The notes under the pieces: generated by a model
Database searches by the model: none
Told to the model about the DNA's origin: nothing
Seen by the model: the letters and a program-made list of their open reading frames with translations, nothing else
Part shown: positions 1 through 13,400 of the stretch, in pieces
How the letters are laid out: each line of letters begins with the position of its first letter
Numbering within the stretch: the stretch's first letter is position 1
Made by a program: the position numbers and the translations under genes
Assembly: GCA_964016885.1 (NCBI GenBank)
Contig: OZ024741.1
Location: 52,328,001 to 52,392,000 of the forward strand
Reading direction: 5' to 3'
Length of the DNA: 64,000 bases
Source of the DNA: Eledone cirrhosa
Taxonomy: Eukaryota

Positions 1-316
1 CATAGACAGATAGATAGATACATACATACATATACATAAATCATTGACAGTCTCACAGATACGAACATGCGAACATACACAACGGAGAGAGAGGGGGGGG
101 GGAGATAAGTGACTGAATAAGATGAGGGAGAAAAAGAGAAAGAAAGAGAGAAAGAGATAGAAAAGTGGAAGATGTAGGTGTGACAGAGAAAGTGCAAGAG
201 GGAGAGATGGAGAGAGGTGGGTGGGAGATAAGTGACCGAATAAGAAGATTAGGGAGAAAAAGAGAAAGAGAGAAAGAGAGAGAGAAGTAGAAAGAGAGAG
301 ATAGAAGGAGAGAGAG

Positions 317-403
<87 letters not shown>

Positions 404-554
404 AGTGAGAGAAGAAGAGCGTGTGACAGAGAGGGAAGAGAGAAAGTGCATTGGGAATAGTTTTAGTGATATGATTATCCAGCGTGACATTGTTCGGTAA
501 AATAGATTCGTGAATAAGAAAACAAAATGCCTGGAAATGTGAAGTTGTGACTTT

Positions 555-615
555 AATGCCACGTCACGTCACGTCAAACACACATGGCGGATATAGCTTG
601 ATGACGTCTGTCACC
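555..615. promoter_or_regulatory. Non-repetitive island with CRE/ATF-like and YY1-like motifs (candidate cis-element)
   Basis: GCCACGTCACGTCACGTCA (tandem ACGTCA half-CREs), ACATGGCGG (YY1-like) and TGATGACGTC within 60 bp. Motif match only. Confidence 0.25.
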
Positions 616-815
616 CAAGTACCAGTAATTAGAAGTTTAGTTATTGTTATGCATGCGGGGATATTTTTGGGTATAGTACCGAGCAGTGTGATTAGTTAGC
701 GTGATGCGTATGGTGCTAGGTGTATGGACGGTATATATATATATTCGTGGATAGCGTTGGATTGGAGTCATTTTGTCCGGAATTATGGTATATATGGAAG
801 CGCATACAGTCATAG

Positions 816-865
<50 letters not shown>

Positions 866-920
866 AATATTTCACTCTACATGGCTAACTACAATAAATG
901 TAATTTGAGTTTTTCGAATA

Positions 921-1109
921 TTAATAATTGTTTCTACTTTTGGCACAAGGCCAGCAATTATCCCAGTGCATTACTGGTACTTTATTTTCGACCCCGTAAG
1001 GATGAAAGGCAAAGTAAACGTCGGCGGGATTTGAACTCAGAATGGCAAGGGCCGTAATTCTATGCGTCAAAACATGGCGTCAGACCCTCCTCCGATACTG
1101 CCAATCTAC
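921..1109 (-). mobile_element. tRNA-derived SINE (family also at 23489-23672 and 19190-19310)
   Basis: Minus strand has A-box-like TGGCAGTATCGG and B-box GAGTTCAAATCCC, and ends in TAGAAACAATTATT. Closely similar to the TSD-flanked copy at 23.5 kb. Confidence 0.85.
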
Positions 1110-1480
1110 AATAACATTCGATTCGTTTGCAATTATGCAAACAAGCCTCAATTTTATAGCTATGTCAGTAGAATGAACACTTCATCTTGCTTTTGTGTTG
1201 GCATGCGAACAGAACTGCAGAAACACAGTGGATCTGCTAATATGCGGATCAGCCAGTCTGCTAATATGCAAATCAGGCTGATCAGTCACTGTGTATTTTT
1301 GAAAATAGCATATATTTTCACTAGCTCTGACAGTTTGGCAGATGAACAGTGAGCTGTACTGATGAAGGGTGATACCCAGAAACATTAGTGTCTGCAGCTC
1401 CTTTCGCATGCCAACACAAGAGCACATGGCTATAAAATTGAGGCTTGTTTGTATAATTGCAAACGAATCGAATTTTATTA
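1110..1480 (+). mobile_element. Short non-coding HHR-bearing element with 5' inverted copy of its 3' end
   Basis: 1116-~1225 is the reverse complement of ~1390-1473 (ATTCGATTCGTTTGCAATTAT.../...ATAATTGCAAACGAATCGAAT). Contains an intact HHR. Confidence 0.8.
1351..1400 (+). ncRNA. Type I hammerhead ribozyme (canonical core, GUC site)
   Basis: Stem I GAGCTGTA/TGCAGCTC (8 bp, one G-U); CTGATGA 1359-1365; stem II GGGT-gat-ACCC; GAAA 1379-1382; stem III ACA-ttag-TGT; cleavage after C1392. Confidence 0.9.
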
Positions 1481-1569
1481 TTAATATTCGAAAAACTCAG
1501 ATTACATTTATATATATATATATATATATATATGAGGTGGCAACATGAAGGGACCTGTTACTTTTATTT

Positions 1570-1600
<31 letters not shown>

Positions 1601-2082
1601 AAGAAGAAGAAGAAGAAGAAGAAGAAAGCAAGAAGGGGGGGGGTCTCATCAGTTGTCTACTGGGGGTCTCTTCAATAACTATGCCTGTAAAAAACATTAT
1701 ATTTTCTCTTCCACATTGACTTTTATGCACTACATTATGCACGATTTTTTCCTTTTTCTTTTTTTTTTCACTTCTTAAACCTTGTTTGTATATAACATTA
1801 TTCTGCACCTTCTGTTTAACATGTGCGACACCACACCAATACATTTCACTATCATTTGATAATGCATAAAAATGCTGAAACCGGTAATAGACAATTATTA
1901 AAAATATAAATAGATAAATAAATGCCATTGTTAAATAATAAATAAATCAACTAATACCTTAACACTTCACACAAAGTAAAACATTTCGTTTTAATCATTT
2001 TCTAACCCAGAAAAAAGGGAGAGAGAAACAAAAAAGGAAAATAAAATTTTTTTCTACCTAATAATCGTCTCTTTCTCCCTGT

Positions 2083-2141
<59 letters not shown>

Positions 2142-2210
2142 CTTAGGTTAATAGGAGTTAGGTATTGTATAAATCCTTATAACCTGTCCACCTTGTGTGC
2201 ATGATTATAA

Positions 2211-4753
2211 TTGATTGGCAGCATGCTAACTAAAGACTACCTACCTATATCACTCAAGAACATCCCAACCCCATCCAGGACTACTTATGAGAAATTACTG
2301 AGAGCTAATGTCAACTCCTTCGTTAAGCGTATTAGATGGCGCACTTTCCACTTCGATAAGAGAAATAAGAAATCAACCACGGTGTCCCCCAATAATAAAT
2401 TCGGTTTTAAAACCTATAGGAGCCCGCCCCATAACTCCATGCTAGATGGATTTGAGAATGACCTCCTATTACTAGTAAGGAATATTAAGTTTAAAAAACC
2501 CCATGGGAATAGCAACAAATTCCGGATGAAACTGGAAACCTTAGTTAAGGGCTTTAACGATAAAAGAGATATCCTGGTCACCTCGGATAAAACCAGAAAT
2601 ATTTATAGCTTAAATTATGATACGTATCGCAGGTTTATATACAATGAATTAAATAGAAACTATAAAAAGACAACAAGCGCAAACCTAGATGAAATTAATA
2701 AGGAAGCATGCGCCATAGTGGATAAACTAGGCCTGGAAAAGTATACCCAACCATATACCCCTAGGCAACCCAGATTCACCCTTAAAGACCATAAGGCTGA
2801 CTTCATTAGTAAACCCTCTGTTAGATTAATTAGCCCATCGAAGTCAGATATAGGGATTATCAGTAAGAAAATTTTAGACGGCGTTATACCTACCATCAGG
2901 AGGAAAATAAATCTAGAGCTATGGGAGAATACGGAAGAGGTTTTGAAATGGTTCTCAAGCCTTAGCAACCATAAATCCCTTAAATTTATACAATTCGACA
3001 TCGATGCGTACTACACCCCAATCTCCCCCATACTCCTTAATAAGGCCCTAATCATGGCCATGCAGAAAAGTGACCTCACTAGGTCTCAAATTGATGTCAT
3101 TCTTGCGGCCCGGAAAACGATAATCACATTTGAGGACGAATTGTGGACCCGCAAGAATACGCCCAATAACTTCGACATCACAATGGGATCTACTGACTCT
3201 GCACAAGTAACGGACCTGGTAGGATTGTACCTCTTAAAGGAGTTACATGAGACATTACCGCACTTGAAGGGCGGCTTATATCGTGATGACGCCCTCCTCA
3301 CCCTCGAGTATAAAAAGTGCAATATAGAAAGAACTAGGAAACAGTTACGTAGGTTCTTTAAAAGCTTTAATCTAAGTATTACCATAGATGCAAATGACAA
3401 AACAGTAAACTTCCTAGACGCCACCCTTGACCTAGAAACTAAAACATTTGCACCCTACCATAAACCTAATGATAGACTAACATATGTAAACGCCAGCTCC
3501 AACCACCCCAAATCAGTCCTAAACGCTATTCCCAGGGGGTCTCTAATAGAATTAGCAGACTGTCCTGTAATGAGAGTATCTTCAACTTCAATGCAGAGTA
3601 TTATGACAAGGCCCTAGCAGAATCTGGTTACGGGAATAGATTATCATATATACATAAGGACTCCCAAACCATGAGTGTGAAACCTACCAACATAATCACA
3701 CATAGTATGGCCACAAAGCCTAACCAACTTAGAGGCAAGAATAATAGTAAGAACCCTAATGGCGGTAACGCAGCTAACTGTAAACCACGTAGAGACAGTA
3801 CTAGAGTCCCTCACCACAACTCTAAAACAGCAAATGATCATGCCATGAATATAAACCATCCGGGCTTAAGCAAAACAGACAACGCCACTAACGTTAATAA
3901 CGAAACCCTACAAAATAGTACGCACAGTAACGAGACTCACCCCACAGATAAGAAAAATAGAAGAAGGAAAAACATGTATTTTAACCCACCTTTTAACTCT
4001 GAGGTCCTCACTAACCTCCCCAGAGTATTCTTCTCATTATTAGAAAAAAACTTCCCACCAGGCAATAGATATCGCAACATAATTAACAAAAACGTGATTA
4101 AATTATCCTATTCGACCACACCTAACCTCGCATCACACCTAGCACGCACGAACATTAGGAAAACTAGGGAAGGTTTCGAAGTAATTAAAATGGCAGTTAA
4201 CCACCAGGAACCGACTACATGGGCAACATAATAGCATCACTGAGCCATCTAATGATATAGAGGCACCTAGTGATAATGCTAGTAACCAAAGTTCGGGAGG
4301 TACGCTAACTGATCGAACCCGCAGTTGCAATTGTAGGCGGAGTAGTAATTGTCCCCTAAGGGGGGATTGCCTCATGAAAAACATCGTATATGCTTGTGAC
4401 GTAACCACGCACAACTCTACCGAAACATATATAGGATCAACGTCCAATACATTTAAAACTAGATTTAACGCGCATATGACACATTTAGACACGATAGACA
4501 TAAGAATGCCACCTCACTGGCGGGATACATCTCCTTTTTAAAAAATAATAGTACCCCATACAAACTTTTTTGGAGGAAGCTTACTATATCCACGCCATAC
4601 CGACCGCAGAGCGGGAGTTGTGACCTGTGTTTACTGGAATGCCATGCCATAATACACTCTAAACTGAACCTGCTTAACAGGAAATCGGAAATTTTCTCCT
4701 CTTGCCAACACAAAATCCTGAGTTCCTTCTTCTGTTTTAAACCTAGCACATAG
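2211..4753 (+). pseudogene. PLE polyprotein (RT + Cys-rich linker + GIY-YIG endonuclease), about 3 frameshifts
   Basis: SLKNIPTPS...RIRWR N-terminus; RT motifs QFDIDAYY, ITMGS, YRDDA. Frameshift in the G run at ~3535-3539 (GVSNRISRLS continues into the 3671 ORF). CNC..CPL..CL, IVY..ETYIGST..FKTRF..H, CDLCLLE..LLNRKSE..CQH; stop TAG 4751-4753. Confidence 0.92.
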
Positions 4754-4886
4754 ACGTAACATATATTACGCAACCCCCACCTAGACATACCCCTCCTTGA
4801 CTATAGCTTCCCCCCAACTCATAACCCAGATAGATAGGTAGCCTAAGGGTGGAACAGTCCCCTACAAGGTTGGTGTTTGTGTGTGT

Positions 4887-4928
<42 letters not shown>

Positions 4929-6835
4929 TCTCCTTTTCTCTCTCTCACACACACACACACAAACATATGTATATATGTGTGCGTACGTGTGTGCATGCAT
5001 GCATGCATGTGTGCGTGTATTGTATACATGTATATTGTATATATATATATGTATATTGTATACATGTGTATTATATTGTGTGTATGTGTATATGTGATAT
5101 GTATGTGTATATATATATATATGTATGTGTATATGTGTGTGTATGATATGTATATATGTGTATATGTATGTATATTTTTTCTGTAGAAGTCTTCTCTATA
5201 TGTGGTGTTTGGCATGAATTCCTCCTATAATGCTCTTCTTTGATAGGAGCACGATATGTAGAGTAACACATATGTATTGTCGCAGTTGAAACTGAGAACC
5301 ACCACCCCTCCTGCTGACCCAAATGTTTACTGAGGACCAGAACACCATTCTCCACAATATAAGAGAGGAATGCGCTTGCCGGACTATTGATGACCATAAC
5401 ATCACATTCCAAGGTAATGGCAAAACACAGTGAATGCTAAACACGACCAGAACACCACAACATGCACATCGGAGCAACAGAGATATAATATCAATAAGCG
5501 AATCAATTGAATTTTTTGAGTTGAAATACATATAAATATGTGTCTGTGTGTATCGGACACACGTACACATAAAGACACTGCTGACCTAAATGTACCTGTC
5601 ATGCCTGTCTGAATTCCTAAGAGAATTTTCGGTCAGTTACTATCTTGACCGATTACCCTCACAATTACTACGTAGCGGTTCTTGCACGTGACTGCTGGAC
5701 CCGGATGAAACGAAGACGAAGAATTTCCTTGCCTACCGTTTTGTACCACAGATGCGATCTCACTCTGCCTCGTTAATGTTCAATCGACACCAAAGTTCTA
5801 CGTTCGGGGCAATAGAATTGTATCCAACTACCGACAACATAGTTTGATGACCGATAATCACACCAAAACGGAGTACTGGGATCCTTGTGATTTCGAGATA
5901 TACAACCACTGACACTGTTACGAAGACCAGAAAACCATACTCCATAATATTGAACCAAGTGATTGATTTGTGCGACCAAAATAACACCACACATATATTG
6001 AACTAGGAATATTGGATCCTCCGTCAATGTCTGGGTGAGCAAAAATAGATTTCTATCTGCATTGGAATTTACGAACTTGTGCATCTGCTGTGGTGTCAAA
6101 AACAAACGCACATGACCGCACAGATGAACAATGGACTATGCCACGTGGGTTGAACCTGCAAGTGAATTGTAGGATGTGTAACTCTGATATACAGATTATT
6201 TATTATTAAGATGTATAAACTTGACATAACTATTATCATCTTATGTTCTCTCAACTAATCACATTTGATTATATTTCTCTATCCCGTTTTCTCCCCCATA
6301 TTTATAATATTTTTATTTGAAAAAATCGGTTTTTTTACATTGTGTTTTTCCCTTTCTAATACTTGCTTATATTTCTTTATATATTCTCTATATATTTATA
6401 TATATATATTTTTTTTTATCTTTATTCTTATTCTCACTTTTATCCTCCTTTATATTTTACCTTATTCTTACTTTTATACCTTATTATAGTGTAATCTTCC
6501 CCATGCCTTATTATACATTATTAATTATAGATTATTATTATTACTCTTTTTCCATTTCTAATTACCTCATGTACTTTTTCCTCCGTTATATATATATTGT
6601 ATGCCCTTTGTGTGTGTGTAGCCTCTGCACCCTACTATCGACGCCACCGCATCTATGGCTCAACTAACCACTCGACTCCCGGGAATGAATATGACCACAG
6701 CTAGTAAACAAGGACCCACACCCACCCTCACACCAAAATTAAACTTATCGTCCCCTGCCTTTGCTCTTTACTCTCTTTACTCTTTGTTCTTGAATGTTTG
6801 GTTGGTAGAGTCCATAACACCAATCAAACCCCTTT

Positions 6836-6890
6836 TATAGCTCTGACGAATCCTACGGTTACGTAAGGAAGAAACATTGTAAGCCAAAAA
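6836..6890 (+). ncRNA. Minimal type I hammerhead ribozyme at PLE1 3' end
   Basis: GCT-CTGACGA-aTCCTACG gtta CGTaAGGAa-GAAA-CATTG-TA-AGC. Short stems I and III as in PLE minimal HHRs. Confidence 0.8.
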
Positions 6891-6926
6891 AAATCTTTTG
6901 ATGTTGTAGACGCTCTTGTGTTCTTT

Positions 6927-6958
<32 letters not shown>

Positions 6959-6960
<2 letters not shown>

Positions 6961-7180
6961 AGCGATGGCAACATGAATGGACCTGTTATTTTTATCTAAA
7001 GACATTTTTTCCAATTTCACCCCGTTCGTCCCTTCAATCTATCTAATTTCTCATTCTTTCTTCCGATGAAGGACTAACGTCCGAGACGTGTAGACCATCT
7101 TCCTGCTATTTCAAGCGTTAACCTAATATATTCCTTCCATATACTGTACCGATTGTGTTGTTATTTCTGTTTACCTTTTA
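6959..7180 (+). mobile_element. Short element with degenerate HHR
   Basis: CCGATGA-aGGAC taac GTCC-GAGA-CGTG-TA at ~7063-7092 (GAAA altered to GAGA). Its 5' part TGGCAACATGAA.GGACCTGTTA.TTTT recurs at ~1538-1566, also right after (TA)n. Confidence 0.5.
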
Positions 7181-7545
7181 CACACACACACATACACACC
7201 CATATATATATATTTATTAGAAAAGGGAAGTAGGGTTCTATACAAAACAGTGGTTATAGAGAAAAGGTGAAGTTGGAAATAGCACGGAAAATATATTTAA
7301 CGGTCTGTTTTTCTTTTTTTTTTCCTTTCTTTTATTCGTCAAAGAGATATTATTGAAAAAATGAGAGGGACAATTCTTCTTAAAAAGAGTTTTATAATGT
7401 ATATAAAGTATAACCGCTTTCCATGTATTAGTAAAATTCATCTTATCAAATGTTGAGTATTACAATTAAAAAGAATTAATAAGAATTAAAAAGTAAAAAT
7501 TAATGATTTAAAATAAGAAGTATGTTTTTTTCATCTTCCTTTCTG

Positions 7546-7601
7546 AGGAGACTGGAGAATGAGCTCTTGTCTCTACACAAGAGTTCATTCTCCAGTCTCC
7601 T
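7546..7601. other. 25-bp hairpin
   Basis: AGGAGACTGGAGAATGAGCTCTTGT-ctctac-ACAAGAGTTCATTCTCCAGTCTCCT, one G-U pair. Confidence 0.9.
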
Positions 7602-7929
7602 TGTAACGCATACACATATAGATGTGTGTTTTGGTAGTTTGGGGGAGAAAACCGGTTTATATTCCACCCCATCACCCACCCGCTTATTAAATTTTGCTAA
7701 TCTATCTCCGGCAAAATTTTATTGTAAGTGATTCATATTGATACAGCAGTTGGAGAATCTAATAATTTTATTTTACATTAACCCCCCCCCCCCGCCATTA
7801 TATATTACAAAAGAAGAACATTACAAGAAATACCATATTTACGAACGTACACTATACAATTACTGATTTCCCAAGACACCTCCTCACCATTATTGCCACC
7901 CCTCCTATTGTTTGGGACCCGGGAGTGTC

Positions 7930-8387
7930 ACCAAACTCTCCTCCTCTCTGTCTATCACACAAAACTCTCTTTTAATCCTCCTCTCTGTATCTACCAAATG
8001 TAACCCCTCTCTATATCTACCACGACACCGTCTCTCTTATCCCACTCTCTATATCTAAGACTAATACTCTCTCTCACTCTCTATATCTCCCAACCCCCCT
8101 CTGTATATCAATCACCCCTAAACTCTCACCCTCTCAATATCTACTACACGGCACTCTCCCATTATCCGTCTCAGTATAAATACAACCACCAAATTTCCTC
8201 CTTCTCTATATCTACTACACATTACTCTCATCCAATCACCACCCACTATATCAATTAACAGCAACCCCCTCTCTATATCTACAACACGGAACTCTCTTCC
8301 AATCCCCTTTCTATATCACTAAACATCAATCTCTCCCCCTCTATATCTAATAAACAACACAATCTCCCTCTCTATATCAATTACCAC
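7930..8387. repeat. Degenerate ~30-35 bp minisatellite (core CTCTCTATATC); resumes at 14114-14290
   Basis: Recurrent CTCTCTATATCTAC/CTCTCTATATCAA units on both sides of the Tx1-like LINE. Confidence 0.85.
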
Positions 8388-8587
8388 TTGATATAGACGT
8401 GAATTACTTCGCTCCGGATTTTTACGGATTATTGTCAAAAAAACTGTGAGTTCATTGATCAATTTAATAGCATTGTTTAATTTAACCCCTTGCCTGGGCC
8501 GTCAGACGTTGAGTCAACTAATTTTCGCCCCTTTCTGGGGCGAAATTTTCATTTTCATCTCAAAACTGTGTAGACTTAGTATCAGCA

Positions 8588-10400
8588 ATGGATGCCATTT
8601 CCACCTCGCACACTGTCGTGAGTGCCACGCCCACTAAGAAAAGTGGTGTAGGGAAGGTAGGAGTACAAAGCTTGCAGACTTCCCCCCTCACATTATCGAA
8701 AAACGTTGAAAATATTGAAACCACGAAACCAAACCCGGTAAATAATACCAGCACCAACAACAAGAACAATGACAATAACACCACAGCCAACAACTGCAAC
8801 AATAGCAACACCAAGGAAAACATGAACAATATTACCAACAGTGACAACAGCAGCAACAAAAAAGACAACAACACCAACACAACATTCGCACAGACTGTAA
8901 AAAAAACGAACTATACACGCCAATAGACATAACAAATGCTAAACAGCTATTACAAGACGCAAAACAATTCGTGACTTTTGGCGAAAACGGTGCTTTTAGC
9001 ATCAATTCTCCACAGGAATTACGTAGAGAGGCTGTCCTGAAAACTGTGGTCTTCAGGACAATATCGAACGAAACAAGAAAACCAGCTCAATTATCACAAA
9101 ATGAAATTGAGCTGGTTCTAAAAGATGCAATGAAGGACATAACCTTCATACAAAAAGGTAAACTGTTTGGTAGCATTTCGGTGCTAATGAACAACCAGTC
9201 AAGAGCACAAAAGTACTCGGTATCACCCATTGTGTCCTCCCGCTTCACCTTTTTCCCCACATACAGGGGAAAAAGGACACAAAGAATAAAAATAATGAGT
9301 ATCACACCAAATGTAAATATTTGGTGGATACTATGTGGAATCATTTACTTTGATGAAGACAAGATAATTTCAATAGGAAAGTCCTCCGGAGGTGTATTTG
9401 GTGGGACCAGCGTAGAAGTTCTGGTGCAAATGAGCCCAGAACGAATAGCGAATATCCCACAACGCGTGCCTCTGGACGGGCTAACTTATATAAACATTTT
9501 AGTGGAGGGAAGGCGGCCGTCATGTTACCACTGCTTAACAGGGGTCACCTGAGGACTGCCTGTCCTCAATTAACGAGTAAAAAAAAAAGCTCTTCTGCCA
9601 ACCCCGAACACAACAACACAACCACCACCACCACCACCACCACCACAACAACAACAACCACAACAACAACACGGAAAAATAACAACACAAAACACTGTTC
9701 CACCCAACCCCTCCCCACCTAAAACAAATACAAAAGCAACCACAACAAAACCCCAAAATATACCCCTCCCCAACAACACGGAAGAGGACTCCGTATCAAC
9801 GTCACCCAGTGACGACGAGGGAGAACCCTTTCAACAGGTGAAAAGGAAAAAAAAAGGCACCACATTAACAAAAATGCTACAAACACACAACCACCAGCAC
9901 AAACATCACAAACATCACAAACAAAAAAACCCACTCCTCCCCAAAACATAACACATACTACAAAACGCAAACACGCACAAGAACAACAAACAAAAACAAA
10001 CACAACACAACAAAAACTCTATACATACATTAACAAGAACAATAAAACTTTGATGAAAGCGATAGAAAATAGCCCTTCGGTGGAAACCGAAGGGATCACT
10101 TTCACCTACGCAGCGAACAAACCGCACCTAATGATGATTAGGGTCCCAACGGAAACCTATGTAACTTTGAAAAAGAACCATCCAATGCATGTGGGGACCA
10201 ACTGCACCAAACCACTTAACAGCGTCCTATTGAGATGTTTCCCCACCCCCACATCAGACACCCACACACCACCAAACACCCTAATCCCACCACACACTGA
10301 TGTCCTCACCCACCACAAACCACCACACCACCAAACAACCCTTCCAACACCCCCATGGAAATTGTGCAGCCTGGTCCCCAGGCGACGAAGAGGTAAGTAA
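8588..10400 (+). pseudogene. ORF1 (gag-like, CCHC zinc knuckle), frameshifted
   Basis: Pieces 8588-8926, 8971-9552, 9522-9722, 10050-10400. Knuckle CYHC..(N)RGHLRTAC (CX2CX4HX4C) is split by a frameshift at ~9537. Confidence 0.8.
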
Positions 10401-10438
10401 TTTCCTTTCCTCTTCCTTTTTAACTCTTCAGCACCAAC

Positions 10439-13400
10439 ATGGCCAATATAAGAGTTGGATGTGTGAATGCACGCGGCCTGGGGATGTCCTGGAAACAGGG
10501 CAAACTCTTAAATGACCTCAGGTCGCACAGAGTGGATGTAATGGTTATTTGCGAGTCCAGGATCAGCAGCGAGCGCCAACTGGCCCCCATCTTCGACGAC
10601 TTTGAGATCTACGCATCTCTTTGTCAGCCGAGGGGTGGGAGTGGGGTTGTCGTTCTGCTGCGAAAATACCTGGGTCTTGCCACACAGAAGGTACACCTGG
10701 ACCCAGAGGGTGGACTGGTGGTTTTAGACGTCTGCAGTGGTGAAGGTGGAGCTTTCAGGCTGGTGGTAGCGTATGCCACATCTGGGACACCGCGACCGGA
10801 CTTCTTCCGACGCCTGGATAATTTCCTGGGAACGTCTCGCTCCTTGCTTTTAGTGGGGGACTGGAATGGTATCCTGGATGCACGTTGGAACTATGTAGGG
10901 GCATGTCCCGATAGAGGGGGGTGTAACAGCCTCAAACGATTAATCGGCCGATTTGATCTGGCCGATAGATATCGACTAGATTTTCCGACTGTGCCACTGT
11001 GGACGTGGAGTAATCGTAGCGGAACATCTAGGTCGTACCTAGATAGGTTCCTAGTTAGACATAAGGATAGGGACATATTAAGCTGTCCACGAATGTTCAT
11101 GGTTGACTATTCGGATCACAAGTTGGTGACCGGAGTGGTCACCCTTGATAGAACTCATAGACAGGGACTCGGTTACTGGAAGCTAAACTTGTCTTTACCG
11201 ACAAACAAAGCTTACAGTAAGCGGATTAGCACACTAGTTAAGCAGCGTTTGACGGGGGCAATTGTCAAAAGCAGGTGGTGGGGCTCTCTCAAGAGAGAAG
11301 TTAAAATAGAATCGATAGGTTTTATTCGGGAATTAGCATCAGATAGGAATAGAACTGAAAGGGAATTAACAAATAGAGTAGAAGAGGCGATTAGGAGTGG
11401 CAACGTGGCCGGCGTGCTGGCGTCAAGAACGGCCCTAGACCAGTTCTTTAATGCGAAGCAGGAGGGCTGCGTTGTCAGGAGTAAAATACGTGCTCTGGGT
11501 AACGAGGGAGCCAAAGCTGTTAGCTGGGCCCGAGTGACAGAGGCAAAAAGTGGAAACAAGTCCACGATTCGGTCTTTGAAGGACCAGGATGGACGCGTGA
11601 TCCTTGAACCTGAGCTGATGAGCGCGGCCTTTCAACGGCGCTTTACACGACTGTTCGGGATGGGCCGCGGGCCGGGTGGGGCCATGGATTTCGGTCCATA
11701 CCTCGACGGTCTGGCGCGGCTCTCGGATGGGGAGGCGAAGTCCTGCGAGAGGCCGATTTCAGCCGCTGAAATAGGGGAAGCGCTGAGCCAATGCGGCAAA
11801 CGCAAATCTCCGGGTCTCGATGGTCTACCATACGAACTTTATGTAGAAATGCCGGGCTTGTTCTCCGGTCTCCTCGAGGCGGTCTACTGCAACTGGCAAC
11901 AGAACGGGAGAATTCCCAGTTCTGTGAGCAAGGGCGTAGTCACGCTGGTGAGGAAGGACGAGAACAAGAGGGATGACATAGATAACTTCAGGCCCATAAC
12001 TCTGCTAAACACAGTTAAAGATTTTGGCCAAGGTGTTAGCGAAGAGGTTGGCGCTTGTCGTCGGGAACCTGGTGGGAGAAGCGCAGACATGCGCAATCCC
12101 GTCCAGGTCCATACACGACAACCTCCACCTCATGCGATACATCGTAGAGAGGGTAGGGAACGAACCCGGCTTTGGTGGGGCCCTGATCAACTTGGATCAA
12201 TCTAAGGCGTTCGATAGGGTTTACCATCGGTACCTGGATGCGGTGCTCGCGGCGGCAGGCTTCGGACCCGTTTTCAGGGGCTGGATTGCTGCAATGCACA
12301 GCAGCAACACCTGCTCGAGGGTCAAGGTGAACGGCTACCTCTCGGAGCCGTTCCAAATCACGCGATCCATCCGACAGGGATGCCCACTCTCCTCCCTCCT
12401 GTATGTGCTGGCTCTCGAGCCACTACTGCGGAAGCTGAAGCTGTTGCAGGGCATCCACTTGGAACCGGGATTACGGAAAGCGGTGTCGGCCTACGCCGAT
12501 GACGTGACAGTAATGGTGTCGTGCGCCTCGGAAATCGGGCAGATCGGCACCTTACTGGAGGAATATGAAAGGTTCACAGGAGCCAAGCTGAACCGGGACA
12601 AGTCCGTCGGTTTGCAACTCGGGACGTGGAGGGGCAAATCGATACCCTCCGACGGCATCTTCGGACGCTGGACGGAGGGACCGGTGAAGATGCTCGGGGT
12701 CTGGTTCGGACCGGACCTCCAGGTGGAGAAAAACTGGGACGAGGTAACGGGCAAGGTGTTTGCACTCGCCCAGAAGTGGGCCGAGTGCAAACTATCCCTG
12801 AAAGGTCGAGCGGAGGTGGCGAACGCTTATATAGCGTCCGTAATCTACTACCGCTTGACCGTCGTGCCTTGCCCAGAGAAAACACTCGCCAAAATGGAGC
12901 GCGCGCTGTTCCGATTTCTTTGGAAGAAGCGGGCTCCTTTGGTGAGAAGATCCATCTGCTGTCAACACCCTTCGAACGGAGGGCTGGGGATGCCGTGGCT
13001 GACGATGCGTAGACACGCATTAAGGCTACGGCACCTCCAGGTATTCCTCACCGGTCAGCCGGTGTGGGCCCTGTTTGGGAGGCGAGCCTTTCCGAGACTC
13101 GTCTCACTCATCGAGCTGCAGTCCTGGGTCAAGCAAAGACCGAGAAAAGTGGGCGACTGGCACATTGAATGTGCCCAGGCGCTCACGGCCCTCTGGCAAG
13201 CGGACCCGGCAATCAGTGGAGACTCAACCTCAACATTCTATAGAGGCTTGGTGCGCAGTAAGTGCGACGACGCTCTCGGAGAGGCTCTGGGCATGGAGGA
13301 AGACGAGCTGGCCAGTCTGTTCGGTAGGACGTTTGGCCCGGGACCGATGGACAACTTCCAAAAGTCCCTGGCTTGGCAATGTTATATAGGAGCTCTACCC

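Larger units (their letters stand above)
2140..6930 (+). mobile_element. Penelope-like element 1 (Naiad-like), bounded by (TA)n on both sides
   Basis: RT+GIY-YIG frame 2211-4753. The 3' terminus with HHR (6836-6930) resembles the 3' terminus of PLE2. (TA)n at 2087-2137 and 6930-6958. Including 4870-6600 in the element is inferred. Confidence 0.75.

Noticed and set aside
1635-1680. CTGATGA-GACCCC on the minus strand
   Set aside because: No GAAA or stem III partner; it runs into a (GAA)n tract.
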